Origin: Spizellomyces punctatus DAOM BR117
Taxonomy: Eukaryota
NCBI GenBank assembly: GCA_000182565.2
Contig: KQ257451.1
Strand: one strand, 5' to 3'
Length of the DNA: 64,000 bases
Below the pieces are notes generated by a model. That model was given only the letters and a program-made list of their open reading frames with translations, ran no database searches and was not told where the DNA came from. The position numbers and the translations under genes were made by a program. Positions 22,436 to 36,031 of the stretch are shown here, in pieces; position 1 is the first letter of the stretch, and every line of letters begins with the position of its first letter.

Positions 22436-25198
22436 TTACTCTCCCAAAACTTCATGAATTCCCTTCAATGCAATACCATACATGACAACACCCTCTCCAC
22501 CGGCGCTGCCTTGATCTCCTGCCCACCGGACAACACCTCCGTGCCTGCCCGCCAAAACATCAATGCCAGCACGAAGCAAGTATCGCTTCTTGAGTTCAAA
22601 CTCTGCCCGTTTACGTCGTTCCCAGCCGCGACTCGGCAAGGCTTTGGTGGCTTCTGAGACGAGGTAGTGAAGAAGCAGATACGCGTGTTCCGATAAAATG
22701 AGTGCCACGAGAAGTGTGGGAAGCCGTTGCTGAACTTGGTTGGTTGCTTGTTCGTCAGGGACCCATTTGTAGTAAAGAATACTGAGAGATGGGGCTGTCA
22801 AGGAGCTTAGCCAGCTAAATAGAGTCTATCGCGAAGAAGGACTGTCAACAACTGAACTTTTAAAGACAAATGACGTACTTTGCTACTCACGAGGTTCTTC
22901 AACCACGGTCCAATGTTGTCCGCACGTTGTGGAACTGGTCGCCTGATTATAAATCACAAGGTTAAAAAGTGTTGACGGCACTCTTTGAACTAGCAAACGC
23001 CTTCACCTGTTGGCCTTGCAAATCTTGAATGCGTCTGCTCTCAGTTCCAAAAAGTTATTTACTAGACAAGCCAACGGTGCCAGTGGCCACGCAACGGAAA
23101 ATAAGACAATATAACCGAACTATTATGGTCCATGAACGATTACCTTAGTAAAACGCATGCTCTGCACGTATGAATGCGATATATCAACCGTAAAAACCAA
23201 CCTGAATTACCATCTCGGAGTAATCCGCGTCAACGTCATACCCAGGTCTCTCAAACTCGCTTCGAACCCTTCGCACATAGCGTTCCTCCTCAGTCTCCTT
23301 GGCCTTTTCTGCCTTACTCTTGTGTAGTCCATGCATAACCGTTGTAGCTTTGGTCGTCAGCAGTGGCACAATCAACTCTGTTGCAGCGTTCAAGACCTGT
23401 CCCGTGATCATCAGATAGATCAGCCGTGCTTGCAAGGTTTCCGGTGTCACTTCAAACCCCATCGAGGAGATGAAGCCTTTCTGCTGAAGGACGGACCCAA
23501 TGGCATTGGACAGTGGGATAAAGAGATATGATTCCGCAAACAGTGCAATGAAAGCAACCAGAGAATTGAAGGTGAATAGCTTTTGTGTGAAGGATGCCGC
23601 ATGTTGCGTATCCGTAGGATGATTTTCATAATCGCTAAGGCTGGCGGCTAGTTTGATATATTTACTATGAAAGACGGGGATGCATCCACCGTATAGGATG
23701 GTTGGTAGGAATCCCTGATAAAGTTGACATGGAGAATTAATGCTGCATTCAGGCTTCGCCAAAGCTGCCCATTCCCTGCACTTACCATCAGGTCCTTGCC
23801 GGGGCCGTCATAAAACTTATGGAAGTATACATCCGCGGACACAATTCCCAAGACCACCAGAGTCAGCACAGCCGTAATCGCAATTGTGATAGGAGCCGTA
23901 ATCAGACATTTTACCGCCCATCGTTTATAGTACGGATAATAAGGTGTCCGCTCCTCTGTTACCGGATCAATGACAATCTTGGTAGGCCGGAATTCCGGGC
24001 GGATTTTTTCAATCTTGGAAAAGTTCCGGGTGCCCCACCGTGTTGCGTACCATTCCGCTTGTCGGTTCCATAGAGAAATGACAATGATGCTCCAGACAAT
24101 CTGAGCAGCGGGCGTTAAGCTACATCTTCAGAACATGTGAAGGTCGAGAGCTGGACATCCACTCACAGTGAGAACGCCGTAGTATGGCGAAAAGGCACCA
24201 TGCCACCAATAGTCAAGCACACCAATGAGGGCCGGAGCAATGAGGGAAGCAAGGTAGAATCGCAGAAACGCGAAGTAGTAGGCAACCTGAATGGGTACAG
24301 TCGGTGGCTGGTTCATTCAACGTAGCACCATTCATAAGAATACAAACTTTTTCGCCAGCATAATCCCTTATCGCATCAATATCCTGTTGAGATAGTAGCC
24401 ATCGCTTCGCCCACGACTTGACCCATTTCTGCCAGACATAATAAAGCTTGCATCGGTAGAGGTTCCACATGGTTCAGCTGACTGGATCACACTCACATCT
24501 GCAAACTCCCTATCATGCGGTGCGTATATTGCTTCGATGTACTTTCCCCCAACAGCGTCCGTATTTCCTACCACGTCTGCATCGCTGGTCAATCCCGCGC
24601 CACCTTCGTACGTAGGAGCAGTCAAAAGTTCGTGGACCAGACGGAGTCGTTCCGCAGGAGTGGTAGCAGGGGTACTAACTTCTGCACTTTCAGCATTGGG
24701 AAGCGCAGGTGGCTCCAGTTCTGATATACCCGAGTCATTTAGCCAGTCGACGACCCTGAAGAGAAATTGTGGCTCCTGTTAAACCAATTTTCTATCCCTA
24801 TCATATCTAGATATCGCGTGTTGTTAATTCCGCCGTACCTACCTAGATCTGTACACCTCTCTGGCCAAAACTTTTTCAGGGCAATATACGAAAATGGCCA
24901 GCCTTATTTCGTCCCACTTTTGAACCCTGAACTTCAACCCGACGGCTAGCAACCTGGAAACGACGTCCGCCCAGGCCTTCCTAACATCCGCTTTCGCCCC
25001 GTCGTAAAAGTGATCAACGTTAGGGGTGGCAGAAGGGGCAGCTTGTGTACCCTTCAATTGAGTCTTTGAGGACGTATCCTTTTTGTTTATCCTCGTGTTG
25101 AAGACGATGACCCAGTCCGTCGCGGTAAACGGGAAGGAGTCCCCGTTATCGCCGCGCTCTTCGTATGAGTTTGTTTGAGGTTTACGCAGCGCAACCAT
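22436..25198 (-). CDS. Anoctamin/TMEM16 (Ist2-like) scramblase/channel, multi-exon
   Basis: IDAIRDYAGEKVAYYFAFLRFY, LSDYENHPTD, YDVDADYSEMVIQFGY, WPLAP...NNFLELRADAFKIC, RADNIGPW. Confidence 0.92.
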
Positions 25199-25361
25199 TT
25201 GGTATGTGTAAAGAATGTCAAGATGAGAGTGTTCAAAGTGCGAGAAGAAACCGTGCAGATTGGTGATGACATGACGCGGATCACGTGACGATCGAGATTA
25301 CGCTGACATTACAGCTGGCAATTCCAATGCTTGCTATGGTAGATTATGGGCACTCTTCTAG

Positions 25362-27211
25362 TTAGATAGCTGGCAATTCTTTATCGTACATCCATTTACC
25401 CAACCTTTCGATGGTTCCACCACCCAGACAGATATCACCTACATACGCTACGACATGCTACAAAACCATGCGCAAGCTTGGGCGTGAGTTTGCGTTCGTT
25501 CCAGAAAGCATATGATACAAGGTGCCCACCTGGCCCATTGCTAACCCATTTTGAGGTTCATCCAAAGTAATGTCATATCCACCTTGTGATTCTTCACTTC
25601 TTTGCATCATGCATGGAACTAGTGATCAACAATATCAAAAATATCAACAAAAATCCCAGGTCATATTTTACTTTCACCTTCATAGTCCTACCTGGATCCA
25701 TGCGATACCGATACTTTACAGCAAACCTGATGCTACCCTGTGAGTACAGCTCCACTGGCTCCTCTCCAGATACCCAGTGCCAATTCTTGACCCCTAGGGA
25801 ACGACGGCATAAAGCCGGGTGTGATCTGCAATGTGATGAAGCACCGGATTCAATGCTATAGCAAAAAGCCAATGTACAAGACCGGCGTTCGTTCATACCT
25901 GCCGGATGCGATATAGATTATGTTTCTCTTGGGGTCTTTCTCTGCAACGTACCATCTGAAATGGGCCCATGTCAGTCCGAGTGCTCACAAAGATGAATAG
26001 CCATCTAGAATGATCCATACTTCTCGACCTCCCCGGGTATTCTGGCTCGCTGCCCAATGGTGTACCTCGAGATACCTCTGTGTTCCCCTTTGACCTCTCC
26101 ATCGACCGACACGAACGCGCCATGTGGCTGAACCAAATAGTCATCTAGTAACATAGGTCCGAGGCCTGATGAGACTTTTCGAAATCACTTCATGCCACTA
26201 TGGGTCAACCTACCAATAAAATCACCAAAATTCCTCTTTCCTACAAAGCATATCCCCATACTTTCTCGCTTCACAGCTGTGTGAAGACCAGCCTCCGCGG
26301 CGATGCGCTTAACGGTTGACTTTAAGTAGGCGCCAATTGGAAAAAGTGTGCGTTGAAGGGCAGTGGAAGGGACAGTCGAGAGGTAGTAGGTCTGGTCTTT
26401 TGTCTTGTCGATTGCTGCGGTGAGGATGCAGCTCAACGTTAACCATGAAAAGAGGAGATGGCAAGGTATCTTTCCTACCTCTCAGAAGCAGAGCACGGCC
26501 ATCCGGCAAGTGGTGGAGCCGTGCATAGTGACCAGTCGCAATTAAATCAGCATCAGCCTTTATAGACTTTTCCAATGATCGGCTTTGGGCGCATTGGTCA
26601 TTTCCCACAGACTCCAATGCTGTTGTCCCTAGTTTGATTTCTCCACTGTTTTCGCGTCGTATGAACCGATCAAAGAAGGAGCCAAACTTTATCTCACGAT
26701 TGCACGCTATATCTGGGTTGGGCGTCCGACCCATAGCCAGATTCTCCAGGAAGGCATCAAAGACATTTATCCAGTATTCCTTTGAGAAATCCACCTATGA
26801 AGAGCGCCTCGCTCCGTTAATCACCTGGACTGTATCTCGTCGATATTTCAAAGAGTTCAACCAAGCGTTTGAACGCACCCGATGAGACTTTATTCCCAAC
26901 TTATCGCAAACTCTCAGAACGTCCTTCCAGTCCTCCTCCGACGGACAGACGCCGTTCTCGTCTCGCTCATCCCAGTTGCGCATGTAAACTCCTTCTACCT
27001 CGTACCCTTCCTTCAAGAGCATGTACGCTGACACACTGGAATCAACACCGCCTGACATGCCGAGTATGACCCTTTTGCGACGAATGCCGTGAGGTGGCAG
27101 ACCGTGCGAATGACGACATTTTTGACTTCGACGGTTGATTCTACAGGAGGTAAAGGCGGTATTCACAGACGTTCGCAGGTATGCCAGAAGGGATTCGGAC
27201 GGTAAGAGCAT
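25362..27211 (-). CDS. TRMU: Mitochondrial tRNA 2-thiouridylase (MnmA/Mtu1/TRMU), multi-exon
   Basis: SGGVDS PP-loop, [41 protein letters not shown], terminal [10 protein letters not shown]. Confidence 0.93.
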
Positions 27212-27370
27212 GCTCAACCGATGCAAACAAATGGGAAGATAGCTTTGTTGAAGTCCAAATACGTGGGATCTCATCGGCTTGACGACCGCGTTGCCAAGGG
27301 ACTCACCTATTCCGATTCCCTTTACCCATTCCTTCTGAGATCCCATTCGTTTCGACCTCACAAGCTCAAA

Positions 27371-28516
27371 ATGGTCTTCGCGGCACTCACTCGGTCTTGG
27401 TGCCAAGCACAGGCCTCTTCTGCATCCTGTCGTTTCATTCCGCTTTCATCTACACACCTCCGACGTACATTCTCCTTGACGATCCCTCCCCATGCATCCT
27501 CGACGGTAGCCCTCGTAGCTCGCCTCCGTAAAGAAACGCAGTGCAGTATCACAAAAGCTCGTGAAGCTATTGCTGCGACAGGAAGCTCATCTTATGAAGA
27601 GGCTTTGAAATGGCTTAACAATGACCTCGCACAATCGGGTGCGAAAAAGGCCGCGAAAGTCGGGTCTCGGGTGGCGGCCGAGGGCCTTGTTGGAGTCATT
27701 TCAACGGACTCTAGAGCGGCGTTAGTGGAAGTCAACGCTGAAACCGACTTTGTTGCACGTAGCAAGGATTTCTCAGAACTGGTTCAAAGGATTGGTGCTA
27801 CTGCTTTGGTGGTAGGCGAAGATGTGGTGGCCGCCGCCGGAACTCCAAGCTCTTCCATTGTCGAAATACCATTAGATGGTCTGCTTGCCTGTCCAGCGCT
27901 ACCTCCCGCTTCAGCAACATCTCCTGCTGTAGACTTTGATGGCAAAACTGTCCAAGAATCCATTGTGGAGACTATCGGCAAATTGGGTGAAAACATCAAG
28001 ATCCGGAGGGCAGCAGTTACTGTAGCTTCTCCAAACGCTTCGGGTGCCACTTTTGTTGGAGGCTACGTCCATTCCGGGGGGGATGGATCAATTCCGGCTG
28101 GTCTGGGACGTATCGGCGCCTTGGCCATGCTGGAAGCCACTCCAGCTTCGTCCTTGACATCAACTTCCTCAACATCCCTTTCGCGCCTCGCAAGGCAGCT
28201 TGCACAGCACATTGTAGGCTTTGATCCAGCTGTTGTCAGCGAGTCGGGTTTAGAGAGAGCGGTCCAGAAGGAGAAATCCGCCAGACTTGATGGCGAGAGC
28301 GAGCAAGAACATCTTGACCGCGTCGTCCTCCTGCGACAACAGTTTATCTTTGGTAACGGAACCGTTAAAGAGGTTCTCAAGCAAGCAGAGCAACAGATTG
28401 GTCCGGATGCTTCGATTGTGATCAAAGAATTTGTGAGATGGGAATGTGGTGAAGGCATTGACAAGAAGGAGGACAACTTCGCCGAAGAGGTGATGAAGCA
28501 AGCAGGAATGGCCTAG
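27371..28516 (+). CDS. TSF1: Mitochondrial elongation factor Ts
   Basis: [58 protein letters not shown]; Arg/Ser-rich presequence. Confidence 0.95.
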   Translation: MVFAALTRSWCQAQASSASCRFIPLSSTHLRRTFSLTIPPHASSTVALVARLRKETQCSITKAREAIAATGSSSYEEALKWLNNDLAQSGAKKAAKVGSRVAAEGLVGVISTDSRAALVEVNAETDFVARSKDFSELVQRIGATALVVGEDVVAAAGTPSSSIVEIPLDGLLACPALPPASATSPAVDFDGKTVQESIVETIGKLGENIKIRRAAVTVASPNASGATFVGGYVHSGGDGSIPAGLGRIGALAMLEATPASSLTSTSSTSLSRLARQLAQHIVGFDPAVVSESGLERAVQKEKSARLDGESEQEHLDRVVLLRQQFIFGNGTVKEVLKQAEQQIGPDASIVIKEFVRWECGEGIDKKEDNFAEEVMKQAGMA

Positions 28517-28674
28517 ACTACAATTTATTATTTAAATGCGGTTATGTACCATGTGTAGATTATTTCCAGTTACATTCAATACATTAAAATGCTCATATAC
28601 GACGAATGATTAAGCAATAGCACGAGAGCACATACCGGACGGCCCATACAAAGAAACAGATAGAAAAATACATA

Positions 28675-31104
28675 CTAAACAGTAGGGGCACGCTTTACTT
28701 CCCCCTTTGCCGAGAACCTTGGCCTAACCGTTGTTTGCTGTAACATATTCAGCAAGACATCGGCAGGTATGCCATCTACGCGTAACGTTGTCGGTTTTCG
28801 TTTAAACAGGTCGTTAACAGCTTCTGGAGTCCTTCTCTTTGTTTCCTGTACTGGAGCAGAAGGAGCTCGCACTGGCGGGGCAGGTTTGGGGATCTCCGTA
28901 GCACTTGTTTCCCCAGTGGCATTTGGACTAGTTTGACTCTCCGCAGCATGAGCAATGGATTTTTCCTGCTGCTTATCCTTCCCGCTCTCAATCCGAGCCA
29001 AAAATTCTGGTGTAAGCTTAACCGACTCATCCCGTATAATAATTCCAGTGTCTTTCTCCAATTGTTTTTTAACTTCCTTGATCCTCAACGGAATCGACTC
29101 CACGATCCTTCTCAATTCCCATACTGATGCACCCGAGAACGCAGTTCGGAGAGCGTCACCCATATTTCGGATATCCGCCATCGTGTCCACCAGTTGTTGA
29201 TACGCAGCAACAAGTGACGCGTCAGTGGCCATGAGCTTGTTGAATATGAGAAGATATTGAGGGTAATCACTCTGCTCATACATAAGTTTTCTGTGCTGCC
29301 ACCGTTCCCACGCTTGTCGGCTCTTGAGTGAATTATCTTTTGGCGGTTCGGGATCATTGAACGGTGGCGGTTGAGGGGGAAAGCGTGGACCGACCAGGAG
29401 GGCAATCTCGTCTAGGACATGCTTCTTTGTTTTCTCGTCAAAGCGATACAGGTGCACACGCGTGAGGATTTGCGCTTCCCCATTCTGGTCAACTAGGTCT
29501 GCTTCGACTGCATCGGGAAGGTCAATGGCATTAGTCCATTCTCTCCCTGGCCAAACTTGGCATGGTTTAGCTGGCTTAGCATCCTGCCCGTCCACAAGGC
29601 GATATCCAACAAGCCATCCTCGCCGAATAAGCGTGAAAATGAATCCACGGCCAGTGTTGGTGACTGATTTGCATTTTTCAGCGAGCTCTTCAATATTTCC
29701 ACCTGGTGCTTCCATAAAACCCAACATCTAGGGATCCAAGCATGATCAATGATAAATCAACGTATAAATGAGAAACGCGCATTTTGTACCTCGATGAAGA
29801 GCTCGCTCTTTTCCATTTCAATGTCTTCTTCTGTGGGCCCAGTCTTTACTGGAGTCGCCACAGGCTTTGGAGCAGGAGCTTGCACCTTGCGAAGCTTCTT
29901 TCTACGGTTGGGGTCGCGTAGCTCCGCCAAAAACGCCGATTGCAGGTCTCCAGCGTCCATAACTGGAGTACTTGCTGGCGGCAGTCCCCTCACCGACGGC
30001 GGAGGTGGGGGCGGTGGCGGACCTCCTCCCATGGTCGGTAGCGGCGGCGGAGGAGGTGGAGGTGGTGGACCTCCTCCCATGGTCGGTAGCGGCGGCGGAG
30101 GTGGAGGAGGTGGTGGACCTCCTCCCATGGTCGGTGGTGGCGGCGGAGGAGGAGGTGGAGATGGTGGCCCACCTGCCATGGTTGGTGGTGGCGGCGGCGG
30201 AGGAGGGGGAGGAGGAGGTGGTGGCCCTCCTCGCATGATCGGTGGTGGAGGAGGAGGCGGTGGCGGCGGACCTCCTCGCATGATTGGGGGCGGGGGAGGT
30301 GGTGGTGGTGGTGGTGCTGGCGGCATAAGCCCTTCTCCGGTCACAGCGAGCGTTGATGAAAGTGAATCTCTACTTTCTGTAACAGCATCAAGCTTCTTTT
30401 CTGGAGAGGCCCGCGAATCTAAATCGATCGATCGACAGTCAGTTGTCAGCTAATGTCACCAATTGGGCCATCAAGGGGAGTACCTCTCTCGGTCGTCCTC
30501 TTTCTGACAGCAGTCCTCCTGCCAATTCCTCCTGGTTTGGAGGAGACGGGCCCCGACACTGGGGCAAGCTCTTCTTCGTTGGTAGAAGTCACTTCGACGG
30601 GGCCGGGTGCTTCATTGAAAACTTTCTGGAATGGTTGAGGGATGTTTTTCACCTCATGCGACAGCAGCGCCAACAAAATCTATCGAATATGTAGTCATTA
30701 ATATGAGCGTTCGGTCTCTTCGCAAAGTTCAGTAGACAACCCACATGGTCTTTCCGATGCACGCTCGCAACCGATTCGCCACCAAAAACACTCCGCCCTT
30801 CCAGAGTTTTCGCTTGTACCAGTTCCACACCCTGGAAAGCTTCCGAGGCCTTCTTCAGCAGCGCATTCAAATCAACATTGTCGGGAACAGTAACTTGCAG
30901 TTGTCCTTTTGAAGTGATGATGGTGAACTCAAGGTCGCGAGTTGGGGTTGCTGGAAGAGTGGTGGGAGATGTTGACTGTACTTGTGGAGGTGGTGTAATT
31001 GACGGCATTATGGGCTCTGGCAGTGAAATTGTTGCCGCTCCTGCAGTAGCAGCAGGCCTGGGGGCCGACGCAAGCAGTAGATCGTGCACACGGCTCCTGC
31101 GCAT
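28675..31104 (-). CDS. Polyproline (FH1-like) plus WH2-like protein of unknown family, multi-exon; 5' end uncertain
   Basis: Repeated MGGGPPPPPPPPP units followed by DLQSAFLAELRDPNRRKKLRKV; ~350-aa C-terminal exon not recognisable as FH2. Confidence 0.7.
29996..30320 (-). repeat. Coding tandem repeat (~42-57 bp units) encoding polyproline tracts
   Basis: Repeated ggacctcctcccatggtcggt(a/g)gcggcggcggagg units. Confidence 0.85.
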
Positions 31105-31590
31105 AATGCACTGTCGTGGTTGCAGACAATAAGTGTATTAACGTGGTTACAGTATAAGTGAAGCACAAAGCAACATGGTCTGGTAGCGTGTGAATGGAAA
31201 TGCCAATGTGATGAGGGTGAAAGTAAGTTCTTTTTCAACGTCAAGAAGGCGACAAGGAACTTATCGCGTGGCTCAGCGCTACACTCACGTGATGCACGCG
31301 CTCGAAAGCTGTGGGTGGAATTTGGGGGATTTGGCCATCCAGCAATTGAAACGATTCCCAAAAGAGAGGTAAGTGAAGGTGTAGATTGTGGCAAGGATGG
31401 CTACAGGATCAAATGGGAAGGTGCTGTGAGAAACGGTTTGGTCAGCGTCTTCTGGTTGAGGAGTGATCACTCAAGGTATAATAGCGACTTTTCCAGCTCA
31501 TCGTTCCTTCCTGTCTGTCGATATTCTGTAGTCTCTATCTCTCAATCGTAACACCAATACCAACACCCGCTAGGCCACAGTCAGACTACA

Positions 31591-32150
31591 ATGGCCCACC
31601 TCCAAAAGGATCGCTCGCTCATTGCGGTGCTCGGAGATGAGGTGCAATAGTTTGCCAATGATATTTGCAATAACCCTTCTATGTTGGCTTACTCGACCAT
31701 ATTCAAAAGGACTCTGTGACAGGTCTCCTCCTTGCGGGGATTGGTCATATCGATTCTAAGCAAAAATCAAACTTTCTTGTAGTCGACTCGAGTAGGTCAC
31801 GTTGTCATACCAGGGCATTCCAATATCCATTGTTGTTTATCCGTGATGGACATAGAAACACCACTGGCCAAGATTGAAGAATCGTTCGAAGAATTTACAA
31901 ACCGCAAAGATGTTGCTATCATTCTGATCACACAGCAGGTTGCCGATGAGATTCGTCATATATTGGATGATTATGATCAAGCTTTTCCAACAATTTTGGA
32001 AATCCCGTCCAAAGACAGGCCGTATGATCCGTCAAAAGTACGTGAAGGGGAATATAAGACTTGCAACATGATGCGTTACTTAGCAGCGTCTTCCTCTCAC
32101 AGGACTCGGTATTGAAGCGTGTGCAACGATTGTTTGGTGAAGGAGCTTAA
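31591..32150 (+). CDS. VMA7: V-type ATPase subunit F, 4 exons
   Basis: [58 protein letters not shown]. Confidence 0.95.
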
Positions 32151-32298
32151 TGTGGGCATGACATATATGGTAGATGTAGAACGCTTTGTAACATGTGCTT
32201 TCTTTCCAAGCTGGATCTCGATGCAGAGCGACACTGCTTTATTTACTACGAGAGAAAGAGGATCTACCTGTACAATAAAAACCGGAACATAATCATCA

Positions 32299-35200
32299 TC
32301 ACCTTGCTCTCTCCGTCTTACTCTTCTTGTTGGGCCGTCCAATCCCATTCTTCTCCATTTCCAAAAGTTCCTTCCCACTCTTAATCTCACTTTCATTCAC
32401 ACTCAAACCCGGAATATTAGGCTCCACCAACCGCAACGTCAACTTGCTCCTTCTCGCCGCCCCACCAGCCTCCTCAACGTTCACAACGACCACAACTTTG
32501 GAAAACAACTTAATGGTCGCATTCATCGCCACAAGACGGTTGCTGTCACGGTCATATGTGAACGGTGATGATGCTCCACCATCAGCAGATTCTTCTCGCG
32601 TTGAGTAGACATAACCTTCAATACCGTACTTCGGGATGAGGACAGAAAACCCGTTCTTCATCACGCGGACAACGTAGCCTTCCTCTTTAATGACCTTGTC
32701 CTTGAAGAAAAGGTTTGTGAAGAGCTCGACGGAGGATCGGGAAGCTTGTTGAGCCATGCGATGGCGGTAATTGAGAACTAGCAAACAGAAAGTGTGTCAA
32801 TAGGTATTGACATCAACCAAACCTAGACATTTGGCTCCTCACCATCACATAATTCCTTCAACTTGACTTTATCTATCAGTTCGGATGAGTAATTCTTCTC
32901 ATACCCGATGGCAACCGCCAACAATCTGTGCACCACCAAATCAGAGTATCGTCGAATAGGCGATGTGAAGTGTGTGTAAATCCTAGTTGCAAGACCGTAA
33001 TGCCAAAAGTCGGGTTCGGATATCGTCCCAGAGCAAAAGTAAACGGCTTGCATCATGCATCGTGTGGTCATGATTCGGATGAGCTTATTGATATATGGTT
33101 CGCGTGGTACCTAATTAACGACTGTGTAAGTAACCGTAGAGGATTGACCCGCATTGTTCAAGCAGCATACGTACAACCGCTTTATCGAGAGAATCAGCCA
33201 ATGTCTTGGACGTCTGCACGTCAAGGGTTATGCCAAGTTCACCAACTGCTTTGATCAAAGCTTCAAAATTCGAGGTGGGCGGCTTAGGATGCCTTCGTAG
33301 CATGGAGGATTCCGGAAATGCGGAATAAATTTTCGTCGCAACCCAAATATTGGCGAGCAACATGAACTCTTCCACTAGAGCATTTGTCTCCTTGAGTTCC
33401 TTCATCTCCACGTCAACGGGATCTTGTTGATCCTCCTCCAGCTTAAATCGAATCTCGGGTGACGCCAATGTCAGAGCCCCGGCTTCCATTCGTCGTGCCC
33501 TAAGCTGCTTGGCGAGCCGATTCAATCCTTTGATACCCATGGTCACAGGGTCTGTCAATGTTGCATCATCCAGACGAGCTTGTGCTTCATCATAAGTTAA
33601 CGATGCTTTTGACCTGATAACACTCTTAGTGTACCGCACATTGACAACATCGGCATTTTGTGTCATCTCCCAGATACATGAGAATGCCAATCGATCGACA
33701 TTGGACCGAAGGGAACATAAATTTGTTCCCAACAATCCCGGCAACATATCGATCCGCTTATTGACAAGATAGACAGTTGTACCTCTCCGCCGCGCCTCCA
33801 GATCCATTGCATTCTCGGGTTTTACAAAGTGGCTCACATCGGCGATGTGCACTCCTACTTCGAAGTTGCCATTTGGTAATGAACGACAATGAAGGGCGTC
33901 ATCAATGTCTGTGCATCCAGGTGGATCGATACTGCAAACGTCGAGATGCCTAAAATCCTCGCGACCTTCCAAGTGCTCATTCCGCACAATCCATGAATCC
34001 CCCTCTGGCGGCAAAAAGCTCAATACTTGCGGAGAGAACGGAGCGAAAGGGACGTCATGCTCAAGCAGTACCACCTCTGTCTCAGTCGCCTGCTCGCCAA
34101 CATCCCCCAAAGTCCGTATGTAATGTCCCGACGGGTATCTTGCATTCTTTGCCCATCCGTCAATCGCAACAACTATCCTTCTTCCCACGAGCTTTTCCGC
34201 CTGGCGCGTTCTAATGCGAATCTTTGGGATTTTCTTATCCATAGCCCAGAAGAAGACCATTTGCTGTGTCGATAGACCACTGCTTGACCGAACCGAGGAC
34301 TTATCAATGGTTCCACAGTACGGTCTCCAGTTGCGCTTGATGATGCCGACAATCTTCCCTGTGGGTACCGTCTCTTTGGCAGCCTCATCGACATTCATTC
34401 GATCTTCTGCTCTCGCCATTGAATCTTCAGCGTTTACTGGTTCATCATCACCATTTTCGACTTCCTCCTCTTCTAATATGACGCCCACAGGAGCCCTCCA
34501 TTCCGACCGTGGGAGAAGTTGCACCGCCACCACGTCCCCATGTATACCGCGGTTCAGATGTTCGCGTCCAACAATCATCACCGTTTTCTCTTCCTTATCA
34601 ACTTCAGCAAAAATGCTCCCCTGGAGGCCATAGGTAAGCCCATGTACATCATAGTTCATCCTCGTTATGGAAACGCACCTCTAAGAAGTTATTTGAACTG
34701 ATGCTTAATTTTCCTTGAAGGAAGGCGCCTGATCTCAGACCAGCTGACATTTGACTCACTGACAGGTGCTAACATGAATTATCATATCAGCATCTAGCAC
34801 ATTTAGTATTCGAGAATAGTTTGTCACGGACTGGTACACACCTCAGGGTAGCTGAACTTATCCTCCTCATCAACATGCTCTTCGTCCACGGCCGCTACCA
34901 TGTCAACAAGCTCTGGGTGATCCGTCATTGATGCGACATACTGTCGAACTAGTCATGGTATGGACAATTTAATTTCTTTTGCGTTTACCCACCAACTTCG
35001 ACGTACTACTAACCCGAAAATGTCGTCAACCCTTCTGCTTGTGCTTTCTTTCGGTTGTCCGCATCGTCGGTGACAAGAACGAAAGTCCACCTTCCCCCAA
35101 CATGCTCATTATACCAACGTGTAGCAGCTCGTATCGCTGATCAAAACAATTTCATAAATTATCTCACTATCTAGGTCCAACCTTAAGTGCGATCTTACCT

Positions 35201-35827
35201 CGATCATTACGATCGTTTGGGGTCTCATCTTTCTGTTTTTCAATGTACGTCTCTCTAAAAGAAAGCATTAGAATTTCAAAAGGAACCTAAGCGTCTTCAA
35301 AGGCGCATTTTACCTGTTGTGCTCGTTCGAAAAAACGTAGAAACGACGAGCGGGATCCGATATCAGTGATCGTACGCGATTGTAAACTGGGAAACTTCTA
35401 TGTCGTAACTCTTCTAACACTGTCTGTAAAACTACTACATCTGTAAATGCCTTGTGCTCTATTACATCGATCTAAGATAAAGAAAGCGTTGGTTGGATCA
35501 GAGACAAAAGTGACATGCTCTTATGAAGCGAGCACGCACCTGGTGGTAGAGCACATTGGTGTCTGGCACCAGAAAGTGTGGTGTGTTGACTGTCTTGGAA
35601 GTCCGAGGAGACGTCAAAACGACATTCTGCTCCACGCATAGTTTACAACCAGCTACACCACAATATATATCGTCTCGCAAATCTGTCACATAGCATATTC
35701 TCAGCAACTTGGTGTGGCAAATTGGGATATAGCAGTCGAGATCTAGTCTGAACTTACAGTGCTCTTTCACCACTTTCACGATTGTCCCTCGCTTGGTTTT
35801 TCTTATGAAAGCTTTATTTCTTAGCAT
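32299..35827 (-). CDS. DIS3: Exosome catalytic subunit Dis3/Rrp44, multi-exon
   Basis: KVVKEHYLRDDI, PIN motif VPDTNV, RNB motif [26 protein letters not shown]. Confidence 0.97.
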
Positions 35828-35902
35828 GTTGGGCGAGCAGTTACCCTATCTTTACGGTGATCTCGGTATCTGAAGGCAGGTGCTCGAACCAGACCACATG
35901 TA

Positions 35903-35916
35903 ATTTCCATGGCAAC
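35903..35916 (+). promoter_or_regulatory. RFX/Crt1 X-box-like motif in the DIS3-FAN1 divergent promoter
   Basis: ATTTCCATGGCAAC, 13/14 match to GTTTCCATGGCAAC. Confidence 0.45.
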
Positions 35917-36031
35917 AAAGCGAAGAATCATTAAGCCTATTTTGGTTTAATCATGATTAAGCTGTCTCAAGGCCCCTGTGCACTCTGGTGTCGTTCATGA
36001 AGCGAGGAAAAATGGAATTCTCCTTGCGGAC

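Noticed and set aside
28063-28476. Long antisense/overlapping ORFs in the ORF track (also 29749-30453, 43060-43752, 38207-38692)
   Set aside because: Shadow frames of real genes on the opposite strand, explained by codon bias.
29996-30320. Regularly spaced GC-rich repeats resembling a CRISPR-like array
   Set aside because: No unique spacers; they are in-frame polyproline codons of a minus-strand gene.
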